In this document: positions 47,845-55,989 of the stretch, in pieces
Layout of the letters: each line of letters opens with the position of its first letter
How positions within the stretch are numbered: the stretch's first letter is position 1
Sequence record: NC_048054.1
Length of the DNA stretch: 64,000 bases
Direction: 5' to 3' (one strand)
Program-made: the position numbers and the translations under genes
The notes under the pieces: model-generated
The model's input: the letters and a program-made list of their open reading frames with translations, nothing else
Databases searched by the model: none
Told to the model about the DNA's origin: nothing

Positions 47845-48381
47845 TCATGCTGATTGAAGGTCGAGAATTTCCTCGTCTTCGATATCAGCGGCAGACCACG
47901 AACGAATCACGGACGCATTACCGCGGTTGCCTGTCAGCATCATCTTAACAGATGGCTTGGCATTGCGCTCTGCGTAGTGGTCGATAAGAGCTTTCTCATT
48001 ACCGAACCACATAATGGAGTGACCACCTTTAGGGCAGATCAAGAATTGGGCAGGACGCTGCGGTACGTTGAGCGTCATGTACAGATCACCGACGCCGTTA
48101 GGACCTAACATAGGCATCGGCTTCATGATTTGGGCAAAGTCATTAGCATCTTTAAGACGCTTATCGCCTAACAACCAGAGCGCACCTTCCTCACCCTCAC
48201 GCACAGCAGATAGTGTGCCCTTACGAGTAGTGATAGAGCCGAAGGTGTCTTGATCGAAGCGGGCCAGACCGAAAATGAGAGATGCGAGCTTTTTCAGGTC
48301 AGGGGTCGTGCATGGGCTATCAATCTGTGCCATGCCCTCAGACCCAAGTGTAATCTTCGAGAGTGATACAAAGATTTCCAT
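47845..48381 (-). CDS. Hypothetical protein with N-terminal MEIFVSLS peptide, 178 aa
   Basis: Purine-rich RBS; late motif upstream. Confidence 0.75.
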   Translation of the reverse strand: MEIFVSLSKITLGSEGMAQIDSPCTTPDLKKLASLIFGLARFDQDTFGSITTRKGTLSAVREGEEGALWLLGDKRLKDANDFAQIMKPMPMLGPNGVGDLYMTLNVPQRPAQFLICPKGGHSIMWFGNEKALIDHYAERNAKPSVKMMLTGNRGNASVIRSWSAADIEDEEILDLQSA

Positions 48382-48414
48382 TATTGTCTTCCAGCGCTAT
48401 TGTGAATTGTGGAT

Positions 48415-48422
48415 TAAAATTA
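48415..48422 (-). promoter_or_regulatory. TAATTTYA-class promoter motif
   Basis: TAATTTTA 34 nt upstream of 48381. Confidence 0.55.
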
Positions 48423-48447
48423 GCGTCGAGTCAGACATTTCTGAAAT

Positions 48448-48479
48448 AAAAATGGGCAGCACTTTGGCCACCCATTTTT
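48448..48479 (-). terminator. Rho-independent terminator
   Basis: AAAAATGGG...CCCATTTTT inverted repeat after the clamp-loader stop. Confidence 0.7.
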
Positions 48480-48486
48480 CACTTAT

Positions 48487-49776
48487 TTACTTCTTCTTTT
48501 TCTTTTTCTTCTTCTCTTTGGGTTCGTCGTCTTCGTCGTCGTTACCCAAATCAACCACCAGCTTGCCGCTGTAGATATCAGACATGGTTCTGGTGACAAC
48601 TGTTTCCAGCATAATGTCTGCTGGTACCGAAGTAGAGTTGAATGCTACTTCGGCATCGGCCAACGCTGATTGCAGATAGACCAAACTGACCAGATTGACT
48701 TTGATATTGTCTTTCTTGATCATGTTCATGAACATCTTGAGGCCAGCAGACTGCCACTTGTTCGTTTCGGCGTAATGCCCCAACACGCCGTGAATAATCC
48801 AACGACCTTTCGCAACGATTGCACGTGGGTTATTCGCTTCGCGCAGGAACTGGATAACACCAATCAAGTCCATGCTGAGATAAGCACCGATCATCTGAAC
48901 TGCTTTCGCTTCCATGTCGATTTCTGGATCAGCAGCAGCCAGCTCGGCAACGAGGTTCTTATCGAAGTCCTCACCACCTTTAACCGAAGCGTAGATGTTT
49001 TGCAGCATGGTGATTGCACCACGCATCTGACCACCAGCATACTCGGCAACCTGATGGAGCGCTGCGTCTGCTTTATCACGCGCTTTATCTTTCTTCGGTA
49101 GGATGCCCAGCTCGTCACTGATCTCCAGCAGACGTTTATGAATCACGTCGGTCGGAATAGGTCTGATAGGCAGTTGCGTCATACGGCTGATCATCGTGTT
49201 CTTCATCTTCTCTGGGTTCGTTGTTACGAAGATGAATACAACGTGAGCTGGTGGTTGCTCGGTGATCTTAAGGAACTTCGATTCAGCGGCACCTGACATG
49301 AGGTGTGATTCGTCGAAGATGAATACGCGACGCTTGAACATCGGACTAAGCGGTGCGCTGTCTACGATCTTCTGGCTACCCTCAACCTTACCATGATCGC
49401 CACCCATATCGAACTCTTGCTCGTCAGGATGTGCGCCACGGTCGTGCATCTCACACGAACGACATTTGCCACAGGCCGAGAACGTATCACAGTTGATGTA
49501 CTTCGCTACCAGACGTGCAAACGTTGTTTTACCTGAACCGAGATGGCCAGTAATGATCATCGTTGATGGAATCGTTTTCGACTTCTGCCAACCTTTCATG
49601 ATCTTAACGATATGGTCTTGACCCACATAGTCTTCAATCTTCTTCGGTCGGAATTGATCTGCAAAGTTAATCGTGGTTAACTCTACAGACTCAGAAGAAC
49701 CGCCTTTCTTTTTCGGTGGCTTATCGTCACCGAAAGAACGCGACTTCTTCTTCTTTTTCTTTTCTTCTTTCGCCAT
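48487..49776 (-). CDS. dnaX: Clamp loader, DNA Pol III gamma/tau-like AAA+ ATPase, 429 aa
   Basis: ADQFRPKKIEDYVGQ, GHLGSGKTTFAR, C...CGKCRSC Zn site, FIFDESH, TMISRM; poly-Lys at both ends. Confidence 0.92.
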   Translation of the reverse strand: MAKEEKKKKKKSRSFGDDKPPKKKGGSSESVELTTINFADQFRPKKIEDYVGQDHIVKIMKGWQKSKTIPSTMIITGHLGSGKTTFARLVAKYINCDTFSACGKCRSCEMHDRGAHPDEQEFDMGGDHGKVEGSQKIVDSAPLSPMFKRRVFIFDESHLMSGAAESKFLKITEQPPAHVVFIFVTTNPEKMKNTMISRMTQLPIRPIPTDVIHKRLLEISDELGILPKKDKARDKADAALHQVAEYAGGQMRGAITMLQNIYASVKGGEDFDKNLVAELAAADPEIDMEAKAVQMIGAYLSMDLIGVIQFLREANNPRAIVAKGRWIIHGVLGHYAETNKWQSAGLKMFMNMIKKDNIKVNLVSLVYLQSALADAEVAFNSTSVPADIMLETVVTRTMSDIYSGKLVVDLGNDDEDDEPKEKKKKKKKK

Positions 49777-49813
49777 TTTACTTCGCCCTATAGTTTTGAT
49801 GCGTTACACCTGA

Positions 49814-49822
49814 TATTTACAG
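49814..49822 (-). promoter_or_regulatory. CTGTAAATA-class promoter motif
   Basis: Exact motif 38 nt upstream of the clamp-loader start. Confidence 0.6.
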
Positions 49823-49838
49823 ATTTTAGACAAAAAGA

Positions 49839-49867
49839 AAGGACCACATCCAAAATGGAGGGTCCTT
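49839..49867 (-). terminator. Probable terminator
   Basis: AAGGACC...GGTCCTT stem followed by T-rich sequence on the minus strand. Confidence 0.5.
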
Positions 49868-49918
49868 ATGGTGTTACAAAGTTTGGGATGATAACACATC
49901 GGCAGTGGGCGCTGACGA

Positions 49919-50116
49919 TTAGGCAAAGCTCATTTCCCAGCGTGGCACCACGCGGAAGAATTGCTTAAAGTGGGACGGTGGATTCTGCTTGATGGATTCA
50001 AGTTTTTGCTCCACAACGTCGTAATCTTTTATGCCACTCTCAACGCAGTGAGTGGTGAATGTACCGTCAGCCTGAATCAAGTCGGCGACAACACGGTAGC
50101 TTGGTTTACGAAGCAT
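49919..50116 (-). CDS. Hypothetical protein, 65 aa
   Basis: AGGAG RBS; CTGTAAACA variant motif at 50157..50165. Confidence 0.7.
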   Translation of the reverse strand: MLRKPSYRVVADLIQADGTFTTHCVESGIKDYDVVEQKLESIKQNPPSHFKQFFRVVPRWEMSFA

Positions 50117-50204
50117 CTATTCTCCTGTGCTAAAAATTTCTCGTTCTTCTGAATTATGTTTACAGTTTACTGCGAGTAGTCACACAAGAATAAAGTCAGA
50201 AAAG

Positions 50205-50552
50205 TCTTAAACTCCAATAGGCTCTCCGTGAAAAACCTATTGGAGTCCACCCTCGCCAGATGACGGTCCAGCCAGGGCTTTCTCCCCGTGTCTTTCAAAT
50301 GCACCGACACGGTAGCGCTCGCGGTCTTACGCTCTTTGTGGCAGCGAACGTTTCGGCAGGTAGCGTGGTTCGCAGCCTAGAGCAGCCGCATTCGGCCATA
50401 GCGATAACGCGGTGTTACGCTACTTGGCCTAGGGTGACTCAGGGCCGAGTCTGTACAAAAAAAAAAAGAGTTCGGCCTATCCCCAAATTCGGCAAAAGAA
50501 ACAGGCCGAACTAAACAGTCAGCGCAAACTCCGTATGCACTGTTTTGTACTG
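50205..50552 (-). ncRNA. Candidate structured non-coding RNA (~340 nt), family unknown
   Basis: Gene-free interval with at least 8 inverted repeats, an upstream sigma70-like promoter and a terminal perfect 11-bp hairpin followed by T-rich sequence. Transcription not demonstrated. Confidence 0.5.
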
Positions 50553-50558
50553 TTACAA

Positions 50559-50587
50559 ATTAGAAACATTCCAAAATATTCAGACAA
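50559..50587 (-). promoter_or_regulatory. Sigma70-like promoter TTGTCT-N17-TCTAAT
   Basis: -35 box at 50582..50587, -10 box at 50559..50564, 17-nt spacer, pointing into the structured interval. Confidence 0.5.
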
Positions 50588-50590
50588 TTC

Positions 50591-51178
50591 TTAACCCAAC
50601 ATCGGGAGAAGATTTTGCAAGAAATGTTGCTTGTCGAATGAACTAATTCGGTGAGGATGATCAATGTGCGCGTTCCATCCTTTGGTGAACAGCATCACAT
50701 TGCGAGGTAGCACTAACGGCGTACCGACGCGAGTGAACTTGTCGCGTACCGCAGTAACAGGATTGTCGTCGACCAGAATCCAAGTACCTTCGCCGTACTT
50801 CTCATTCAGGTAAGCAATCTTGTCAGGGTGCTGGCGACTGTCCAGAACGTCGATGTGGTCAAACAACGACAGATGTTTTTCCAGAGCTTTGCGTGTGTTG
50901 CGTTCGCCTTTCGCGTGATAACCACGATGCGTACAGATGCCAACACTAAATCCGTCGCGCACCAACATCGACACGGTCTGGATGAAGTAATCACGCATGT
51001 TGGCTTCGAGCATGAAGCGACCATCTTCCAACATCTCGACGAAAGGCTCATGGCCATTCTCTGGAGTGATATACGTGTCGGTACCTGGGTAGATACCGAA
51101 GTTCATCAGATAGCACAACATGAAGTTATGCGTATCAAACGCAGTATCATCCATGTCGAAGAAAATATGTTTGATCAT
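50591..51178 (-). CDS. HAD-superfamily hydrolase, 5'(3')-deoxyribonucleotidase-like, 195 aa
   Basis: FFDMDDT (motif I), ICTHRG (II), K, LVDDNP (IV). Confidence 0.82.
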   Translation of the reverse strand: MIKHIFFDMDDTAFDTHNFMLCYLMNFGIYPGTDTYITPENGHEPFVEMLEDGRFMLEANMRDYFIQTVSMLVRDGFSVGICTHRGYHAKGERNTRKALEKHLSLFDHIDVLDSRQHPDKIAYLNEKYGEGTWILVDDNPVTAVRDKFTRVGTPLVLPRNVMLFTKGWNAHIDHPHRISSFDKQHFLQNLLPMLG

Positions 51179-51522
51179 TAATGCCTCGTGCTTTTAACTA
51201 CCAAAGGAATATCGTTAATGAAAGCCAGAGTAAGCAACTCGCCGTTATGGCGCAATCGCATTTCATCGGCGTTCATCACAATAGCAATATCGGCGAGAGG
51301 ATCTACTTTGAAGACTGGGACCTCGATAAGCGTAGCAGCATCAGGGTCTTCTTCGTCATCAACAACGTAGTAGCCTCCGTACATTAATACAGTGTCGCCC
51401 GAATCAATCAGATGACCAAGTATACGTTCATCGCCATCCACAATCATGTGAAGTGGTTGGTCGATGTAGTAACCGCTGTCATCGTCTGCGCCGAACTCAA
51501 AGTCGAAGTCCTCGTCGCCCAT
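51178..51522 (-). CDS. Acidic hypothetical protein, 114 aa
   Basis: TAATG coupling; D/E-rich. Confidence 0.7.
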   Translation of the reverse strand: MGDEDFDFEFGADDDSGYYIDQPLHMIVDGDERILGHLIDSGDTVLMYGGYYVVDDEEDPDAATLIEVPVFKVDPLADIAIVMNADEMRLRHNGELLTLAFINDIPLVVKSTRH

Positions 51523-51526
51523 AAAT

Positions 51527-52102
51527 CTAAGCCCTCAAATCAACCAAGATAGATGCAGACAAATCTCTGAGCATGTCACGGCCTAGAGGTGTGTACATCA
51601 CTTGCGAAACAACAATGCGTTCGAGAAAGAGGCGTGAACTGATAACGTCCTGTCCTGTCTTCTGCCGAACAAATTCGATGATGGCTGATGGTGGTTGAAT
51701 GAGGAACGTTAAGATCTCCGCGTCGTGCAAGACGCTTCCCATCTCTGTAACAGGTTTCATTTCTGTTTCCTGATCGAGAATGTAAGAGATCACACGGTCC
51801 TCATTACCGATGTTGCGGTGCAGTTTAAAGAACTTACGAGCAGCACTCACGGTGTGCATAAAGTCGTAGTCCGAAGAAGTCGGCATACGGAGAAAGAGTG
51901 AAGCGAGCAGCAGGTTTATTTCTAACTGCGGACCTTGCTCGATGTTCAACATGGCGTGTGAGGTTAACACCACATTCAACGAGAAGTCACGAGTGTAGAG
52001 CGGGTGAGAGTTAGCTGTCTGATCAAAGTAGTCAAGGGCCTGACGTAACCCTTGACGTTTCAACAGGTGCTCTGCCTTAATACGCGTCAGGCGGAACATC
52101 AC
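51527..52102 (-). CDS. Hypothetical protein, possibly a degenerate HD-domain fold, 191 aa
   Basis: Helical. NSHPLY...SLNV, LLLASLF (HD position lost) and LHDAEIL recall the HD layout without the HD dyad. Confidence 0.5.
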   Translation of the reverse strand: MMFRLTRIKAEHLLKRQGLRQALDYFDQTANSHPLYTRDFSLNVVLTSHAMLNIEQGPQLEINLLLASLFLRMPTSSDYDFMHTVSAARKFFKLHRNIGNEDRVISYILDQETEMKPVTEMGSVLHDAEILTFLIQPPSAIIEFVRQKTGQDVISSRLFLERIVVSQVMYTPLGRDMLRDLSASILVDLRA

Positions 52103-53073
52103 TCAGCGCCACGAATCTCTTTGAGCGAGTTCTTGATCGCTTTACGCAACGTCTTGCCTGTGTCGATACCATCGAGGTGACGAGCGAACACGTTAGCAAA
52201 CAGCGTTGTCGGATTCTTCATGATCGCTTTATCAAGGTCAGGTCGACCTTCTGCGATTTGAATCTCACCCGGCCAGAGTTCGGCAACTGCCTGGCTATCG
52301 TTAGCGGCAATCAGTTCCAGCTCTCGGACCGAGATAGAGTTCTGACGCGCAATCGTGCGGAAGATCATGTCAACGAAAGGCAAGAGGTCTTCGGACACAA
52401 CGTTCTTCACGTCTTTCGCATCACCAGCTCGCTGGAAATCTTCCAGCAGACCTTCGAGGTGAGTCTGCGTGATCTTCTGGACGTTACGCAGTTTCTTAAA
52501 CAGCATCATCCATTTGACCTTGCGCTTAGAACTCAGCAGATGCGTCCACACCGATTCGCCGAGAGCGATGATCAGTTTGTTGTAGACGTCAACGCTAACG
52601 CAATCACGGTCAACGAAGATCGTAATCTCGTCCTGCCACTCGTCCTTCTTAAACTTAGAGCGGAACGAGTGTGTCTTCGAACCAGACTGCTGGACGAAAT
52701 TGATTTGCTTGCAGCGACGAACCGCTTCATTCAGGCCGTACTTCTCAATGACCTTAGGAAGTTTCTTCACTGCCATGCGACAGGCTTTGGCTACTTCGGC
52801 CTCACGCCCATAAAGAGCAAGACGAGGCAGACCACCATAGACAGGCATCGAAGCATATGGTCTGACAGTCACACCGCAGACGGACATACCTGGCTCAGGG
52901 TCTGGACCGAGAACAGCAAGTACATCGCCAGCCTTAGGACTGAACTTAATTGTTTCTGGTTCAGGCGAACCAAGCGTATTAGCCAGAAGGCCAACAGTTT
53001 TGCCGGTTGCCAGAACAAGATGATTTTTATTACCCTGTCTTACGACAACGTAATCTCTTTCACTATGTTTCAT
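52099..53073 (-). CDS. Hypothetical protein, 324 aa
   Basis: Long ORF; 4-nt overlap with the downstream gene. Confidence 0.75.
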   Translation of the reverse strand: MKHSERDYVVVRQGNKNHLVLATGKTVGLLANTLGSPEPETIKFSPKAGDVLAVLGPDPEPGMSVCGVTVRPYASMPVYGGLPRLALYGREAEVAKACRMAVKKLPKVIEKYGLNEAVRRCKQINFVQQSGSKTHSFRSKFKKDEWQDEITIFVDRDCVSVDVYNKLIIALGESVWTHLLSSKRKVKWMMLFKKLRNVQKITQTHLEGLLEDFQRAGDAKDVKNVVSEDLLPFVDMIFRTIARQNSISVRELELIAANDSQAVAELWPGEIQIAEGRPDLDKAIMKNPTTLFANVFARHLDGIDTGKTLRKAIKNSLKEIRGAE

Positions 53074-53084
53074 AACGGCCTTTA

Positions 53085-53603
53085 TTAATAGAGTGAGTCA
53101 ACGATGTGGTTGACGTGAACCTGCGCTGTGTGACCGCGACAGGCGCGTCCTTCGGTTTGTTCGAACGTTGCTGGCTGCCAGTGTTCTGTCGGCTCAACGG
53201 AAACGATAACCTGTTCGTCCCACATATCTCCGTCTTCAAGAACACCTGCGATCATGCGAAATGCCGCTGGGCAATCTTTACCTAGATGCGATAGTTGCGC
53301 AATGATGACATGAGGCTTGGTTCGATCTTCGAGTTCATCGAGCGCCCAGCCAAGTTCGGACAGAGAACGAATTTGGAATGATTCTACTTGAGAATTTCCA
53401 CGATACTCGTCTGGTCCGAAATAAACAATTTCAAAATCGTTGACGTCGGTTTGACTAACAAAAAAGTGAGGCGCGTCCACCAAAATAGAAGGTGCGGCGC
53501 GCATCTGGAGAAAGCCCATATATGGGTATGGAACATCACGGACTTCTACCGAACAGGACTTCCCAGCAAAATTTTGGATTATGCTGTGTGCGAGATTATT
53601 CAT
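53085..53603 (-). CDS. Hypothetical protein (~172 aa)
   Basis: Start moved to ATG 53603 (GAGG RBS, MNNLAH). Confidence 0.7.
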   Translation of the reverse strand: MNNLAHSIIQNFAGKSCSVEVRDVPYPYMGFLQMRAAPSILVDAPHFFVSQTDVNDFEIVYFGPDEYRGNSQVESFQIRSLSELGWALDELEDRTKPHVIIAQLSHLGKDCPAAFRMIAGVLEDGDMWDEQVIVSVEPTEHWQPATFEQTEGRACRGHTAQVHVNHIVDSLY

Positions 53604-53610
53604 AGTAACC

Positions 53611-53805
53611 TCATTTCTCAGGAGTTGGTGAGAGGTGAGAGGACGAGTAGTGATAACCAAACGCGACTTGGTTATAGGACTGACGCGCCTGCTTCTGTTT
53701 GCGCTTGGCTTCGGCCTCACGTTTGTCCAGCTCGTCAAAAATACCTACGCGACGGGCATAACGAAACTTCGGGTGTACGGAGATATGTTTGACGATAGCT
53801 GTCAT
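53611..53805 (-). CDS. Hypothetical protein, 64 aa
   Basis: GAGGA RBS; CTGTAAACT variant motif at 53834..53842. Confidence 0.65.
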   Translation of the reverse strand: MTAIVKHISVHPKFRYARRVGIFDELDKREAEAKRKQKQARQSYNQVAFGYHYSSSHLSPTPEK

Positions 53806-53844
53806 ATATTAATCCTCTATGTTGATTGCTGTTAGTTTACAGTA

Positions 53845-54369
53845 TCAATCACTCTTACCTAATTGACGCTCAAGCTCGTAGGCGAAGTAATCATCCCACG
53901 TGGCGAAACCGTCTTTGGCCAGCATACGATCAAACTCACGGTCGGATTTAGATCCCTTAGGAAAGCGAATCTTGTTGGACAGACGTTGGAGTCGGTCGTA
54001 CATAAACCGAGACTGCTTGACGATCGGATTCTTTTCAGGCAGATGATTCTGCAACAGCTTGTAGCTGAACACCAATGGAAAATCTTTGTTCGGCACAGTG
54101 TCGCCCAACAAACGATGGACGGTATTCAGGTACTGCTCGATTTGAGCATGACATTCAGAATGAGCATAGTACCAGTCATCCAGTGAAGCCAGACCTTGAG
54201 TTTCCTCATAGACCAAGGCATCATACATGACCATGAGAATTGGCTTCTCTTCCTTCTTTTCTTTGTACGCCTGAAACAGCTTGGCACAAGTGCCGTACTT
54301 GTTTTGCAGAATCGTTTCCAAGATTGCTGCGTAGCGCACAACTTCATATTCGGTAAGTACCTTACTCAT
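53845..54369 (-). CDS. Hypothetical protein, 174 aa
   Basis: GGAG RBS; starts 3 nt after the stop of the polymerase-like gene. Confidence 0.7.
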   Translation of the reverse strand: MSKVLTEYEVVRYAAILETILQNKYGTCAKLFQAYKEKKEEKPILMVMYDALVYEETQGLASLDDWYYAHSECHAQIEQYLNTVHRLLGDTVPNKDFPLVFSYKLLQNHLPEKNPIVKQSRFMYDRLQRLSNKIRFPKGSKSDREFDRMLAKDGFATWDDYFAYELERQLGKSD

Positions 54370-54372
54370 ACT

Positions 54373-55989
54373 TTACTCCGAGAATATCTTTTTGTCAGAA
54401 AACTTCTTGAGCACAAACTCGGCATAATCGCTCGTCACGCTGTCTCCTTCAACGCAGAGCAATGCACCATCGTGCTCAAGAGAATACACACCCTTGACGT
54501 TAGGGCAGTTAAGAATCGCATCGAAAAGAAAATAACTCTCCCACCCAGAAAGCATGTGGTTGAGAACGCGCTTCTTAATCTTCTTGTCCGTATCGTCAGG
54601 ATCAGGATCATAGTTCGATCCCGTTGCACACTGGAGAACGCCGTACTCTGGCCTCCGTGCATTTTTATTTTTTCGGAATTTGGAACGATACACACCAAGC
54701 AGATCAGTGATGGCGAAATACAGAGGCGTCATCCTCGTATTCCAATCCAATATCTCCTCTTTCACTTTCGAGACAGGCATGAAGCGAGCAAGTTCCTTAA
54801 AGACATTGCTATACTTCGTTGTTTCAAGTTGGCCCGCCGAGAAGATCGTTCCGTATAAACAAACTTTTGCTGCGCGTCTGTCCAATTTCATTATGCGGCT
54901 GATATCGTCAACGGAGCTTACCGTATCAAACATCGCACACTCAATACCGTAAGCGCCGAACTCTTTACGCAACACGTTGAACTGGCTGGACTTCATATCC
55001 CAGTTAGTGCCAATCGTGTAACATTGTTCTTTCAGGTCTGACGGCAAGTTCTGGAACCCACCACCAACTTCGAACAGTCGTCCGCCAATTTGCGACAGCC
55101 TGTATTTAGGCCAATAACGAATGACAAGAGGTTTTTCGCTAACGATCTGAACAGGCCCCGACACAATAGTATCGAGCAACGTCTTAACCTGCAGGTACTG
55201 CTTCTTCGCCTTGTGATTAGCAATCAAGGACCTGTCTTCTAAATAAGCAAGGATAGGTTCAATGTTCACTTCATTAGGCATCAGCTTGTCGAGTACCTTA
55301 CGATAAAGAGCACGGCCTTTAAGTTCCTTACCGTTCCCCCTGTCTCGGTTACGATCAAGCGAACTAAGATCGTGGACAGGTCGTTTGAACGGCAGTTTAG
55401 AATTTTTCTGAATCTGCGACCACACCGTTACCCCGTAATCCTCCCTTAAAATTTTAAGAGGACTATAGAATCGAATGCGGTACAAAATATCGTAATGAGA
55501 CTGCGGCTTAAAATGCCCGTACATCCCGTCTAAGATTTCAGGACGCATCCTAAACTCTCGACTAAGGCCCTTTTTCTTATCGTACGGTTTCGTTTCAAAC
55601 ACGTTAGCCATCAACCAATCAAGGGATCTACTAAACGTGCCTTTCTTCGACTTGGCATATCGCCCTACAGCAACATTATCACCGCCCCTTTGATGACCGA
55701 ACACCATTGGTAGCTTTTCTTTGCCTAATGAGCTTGGAAACGGCACCCAGACCCGTCCAAACTTCTTCTTTTTGTGTTTACGTGCAGGATAAAGGCTGCA
55801 TTGAAGAATGTGCCAGAAGAATAAGTTCAATTGAGCACGGAACTCACGTTGTTCAGCATCAGGCCCCTCGTACGGGCAAGCGTTTATAACGTTGTCACGC
55901 ACCCAAATAACGACTTCCTTCTCCTGGTACGAGGGATTCGTGACGAGCACGGGCCCCTGACCGGAAACGATTCGTTTTTTCATGTTCAC
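54373..55989 (-). CDS. Divergent family-A / T7-RNAP-like nucleotidyltransferase lacking an exonuclease domain, 538 aa
   Basis: In order: GGRLF..GGFQNLP, NWDMKSSQF (motif A Asp), RRAAKVCLYGTIF (motif B Lys), NHMLSGWES, SLEHDG (motif C HD). Basic N-terminal half with a possible winged helix. Confidence 0.6.
   Translation of the reverse strand: MNMKKRIVSGQGPVLVTNPSYQEKEVVIWVRDNVINACPYEGPDAEQREFRAQLNLFFWHILQCSLYPARKHKKKKFGRVWVPFPSSLGKEKLPMVFGHQRGGDNVAVGRYAKSKKGTFSRSLDWLMANVFETKPYDKKKGLSREFRMRPEILDGMYGHFKPQSHYDILYRIRFYSPLKILREDYGVTVWSQIQKNSKLPFKRPVHDLSSLDRNRDRGNGKELKGRALYRKVLDKLMPNEVNIEPILAYLEDRSLIANHKAKKQYLQVKTLLDTIVSGPVQIVSEKPLVIRYWPKYRLSQIGGRLFEVGGGFQNLPSDLKEQCYTIGTNWDMKSSQFNVLRKEFGAYGIECAMFDTVSSVDDISRIMKLDRRAAKVCLYGTIFSAGQLETTKYSNVFKELARFMPVSKVKEEILDWNTRMTPLYFAITDLLGVYRSKFRKNKNARRPEYGVLQCATGSNYDPDPDDTDKKIKKRVLNHMLSGWESYFLFDAILNCPNVKGVYSLEHDGALLCVEGDSVTSDYAEFVLKKFSDKKIFSE

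Noticed and set aside
50270-50292. GGGGAGAAAGCCCTGGCT resembles the RNase P RNA P4 5' strand (GAGGAAAGUCCGGGCU)
   Set aside because: It lies near the 3' end of the candidate RNA with too little downstream sequence, and no matching P4 3' strand was found
50260-50514. 84-aa plus-strand ORF inside the structured region
   Set aside because: Opposite to the surrounding gene orientation, no clear RBS, and it runs through a poly-A tract and hairpins; not fully excluded
50205-50552. tmRNA or tRNA interpretation of the structured region (size is tmRNA-like)
   Set aside because: No GGGG acceptor start, no T-arm GTTCRA plus CCA end, and no tag reading frame recognised
6593-53088. Long plus-strand ORFs antisense to real genes (e.g. 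6593..7756, 15407..16519, 26324..27136, 30093..30959, 43958..44893, 52177..53088)
   Set aside because: Shadow frames of strongly biased minus-strand genes; no recognisable motifs, and the opposite strand carries clear family signatures
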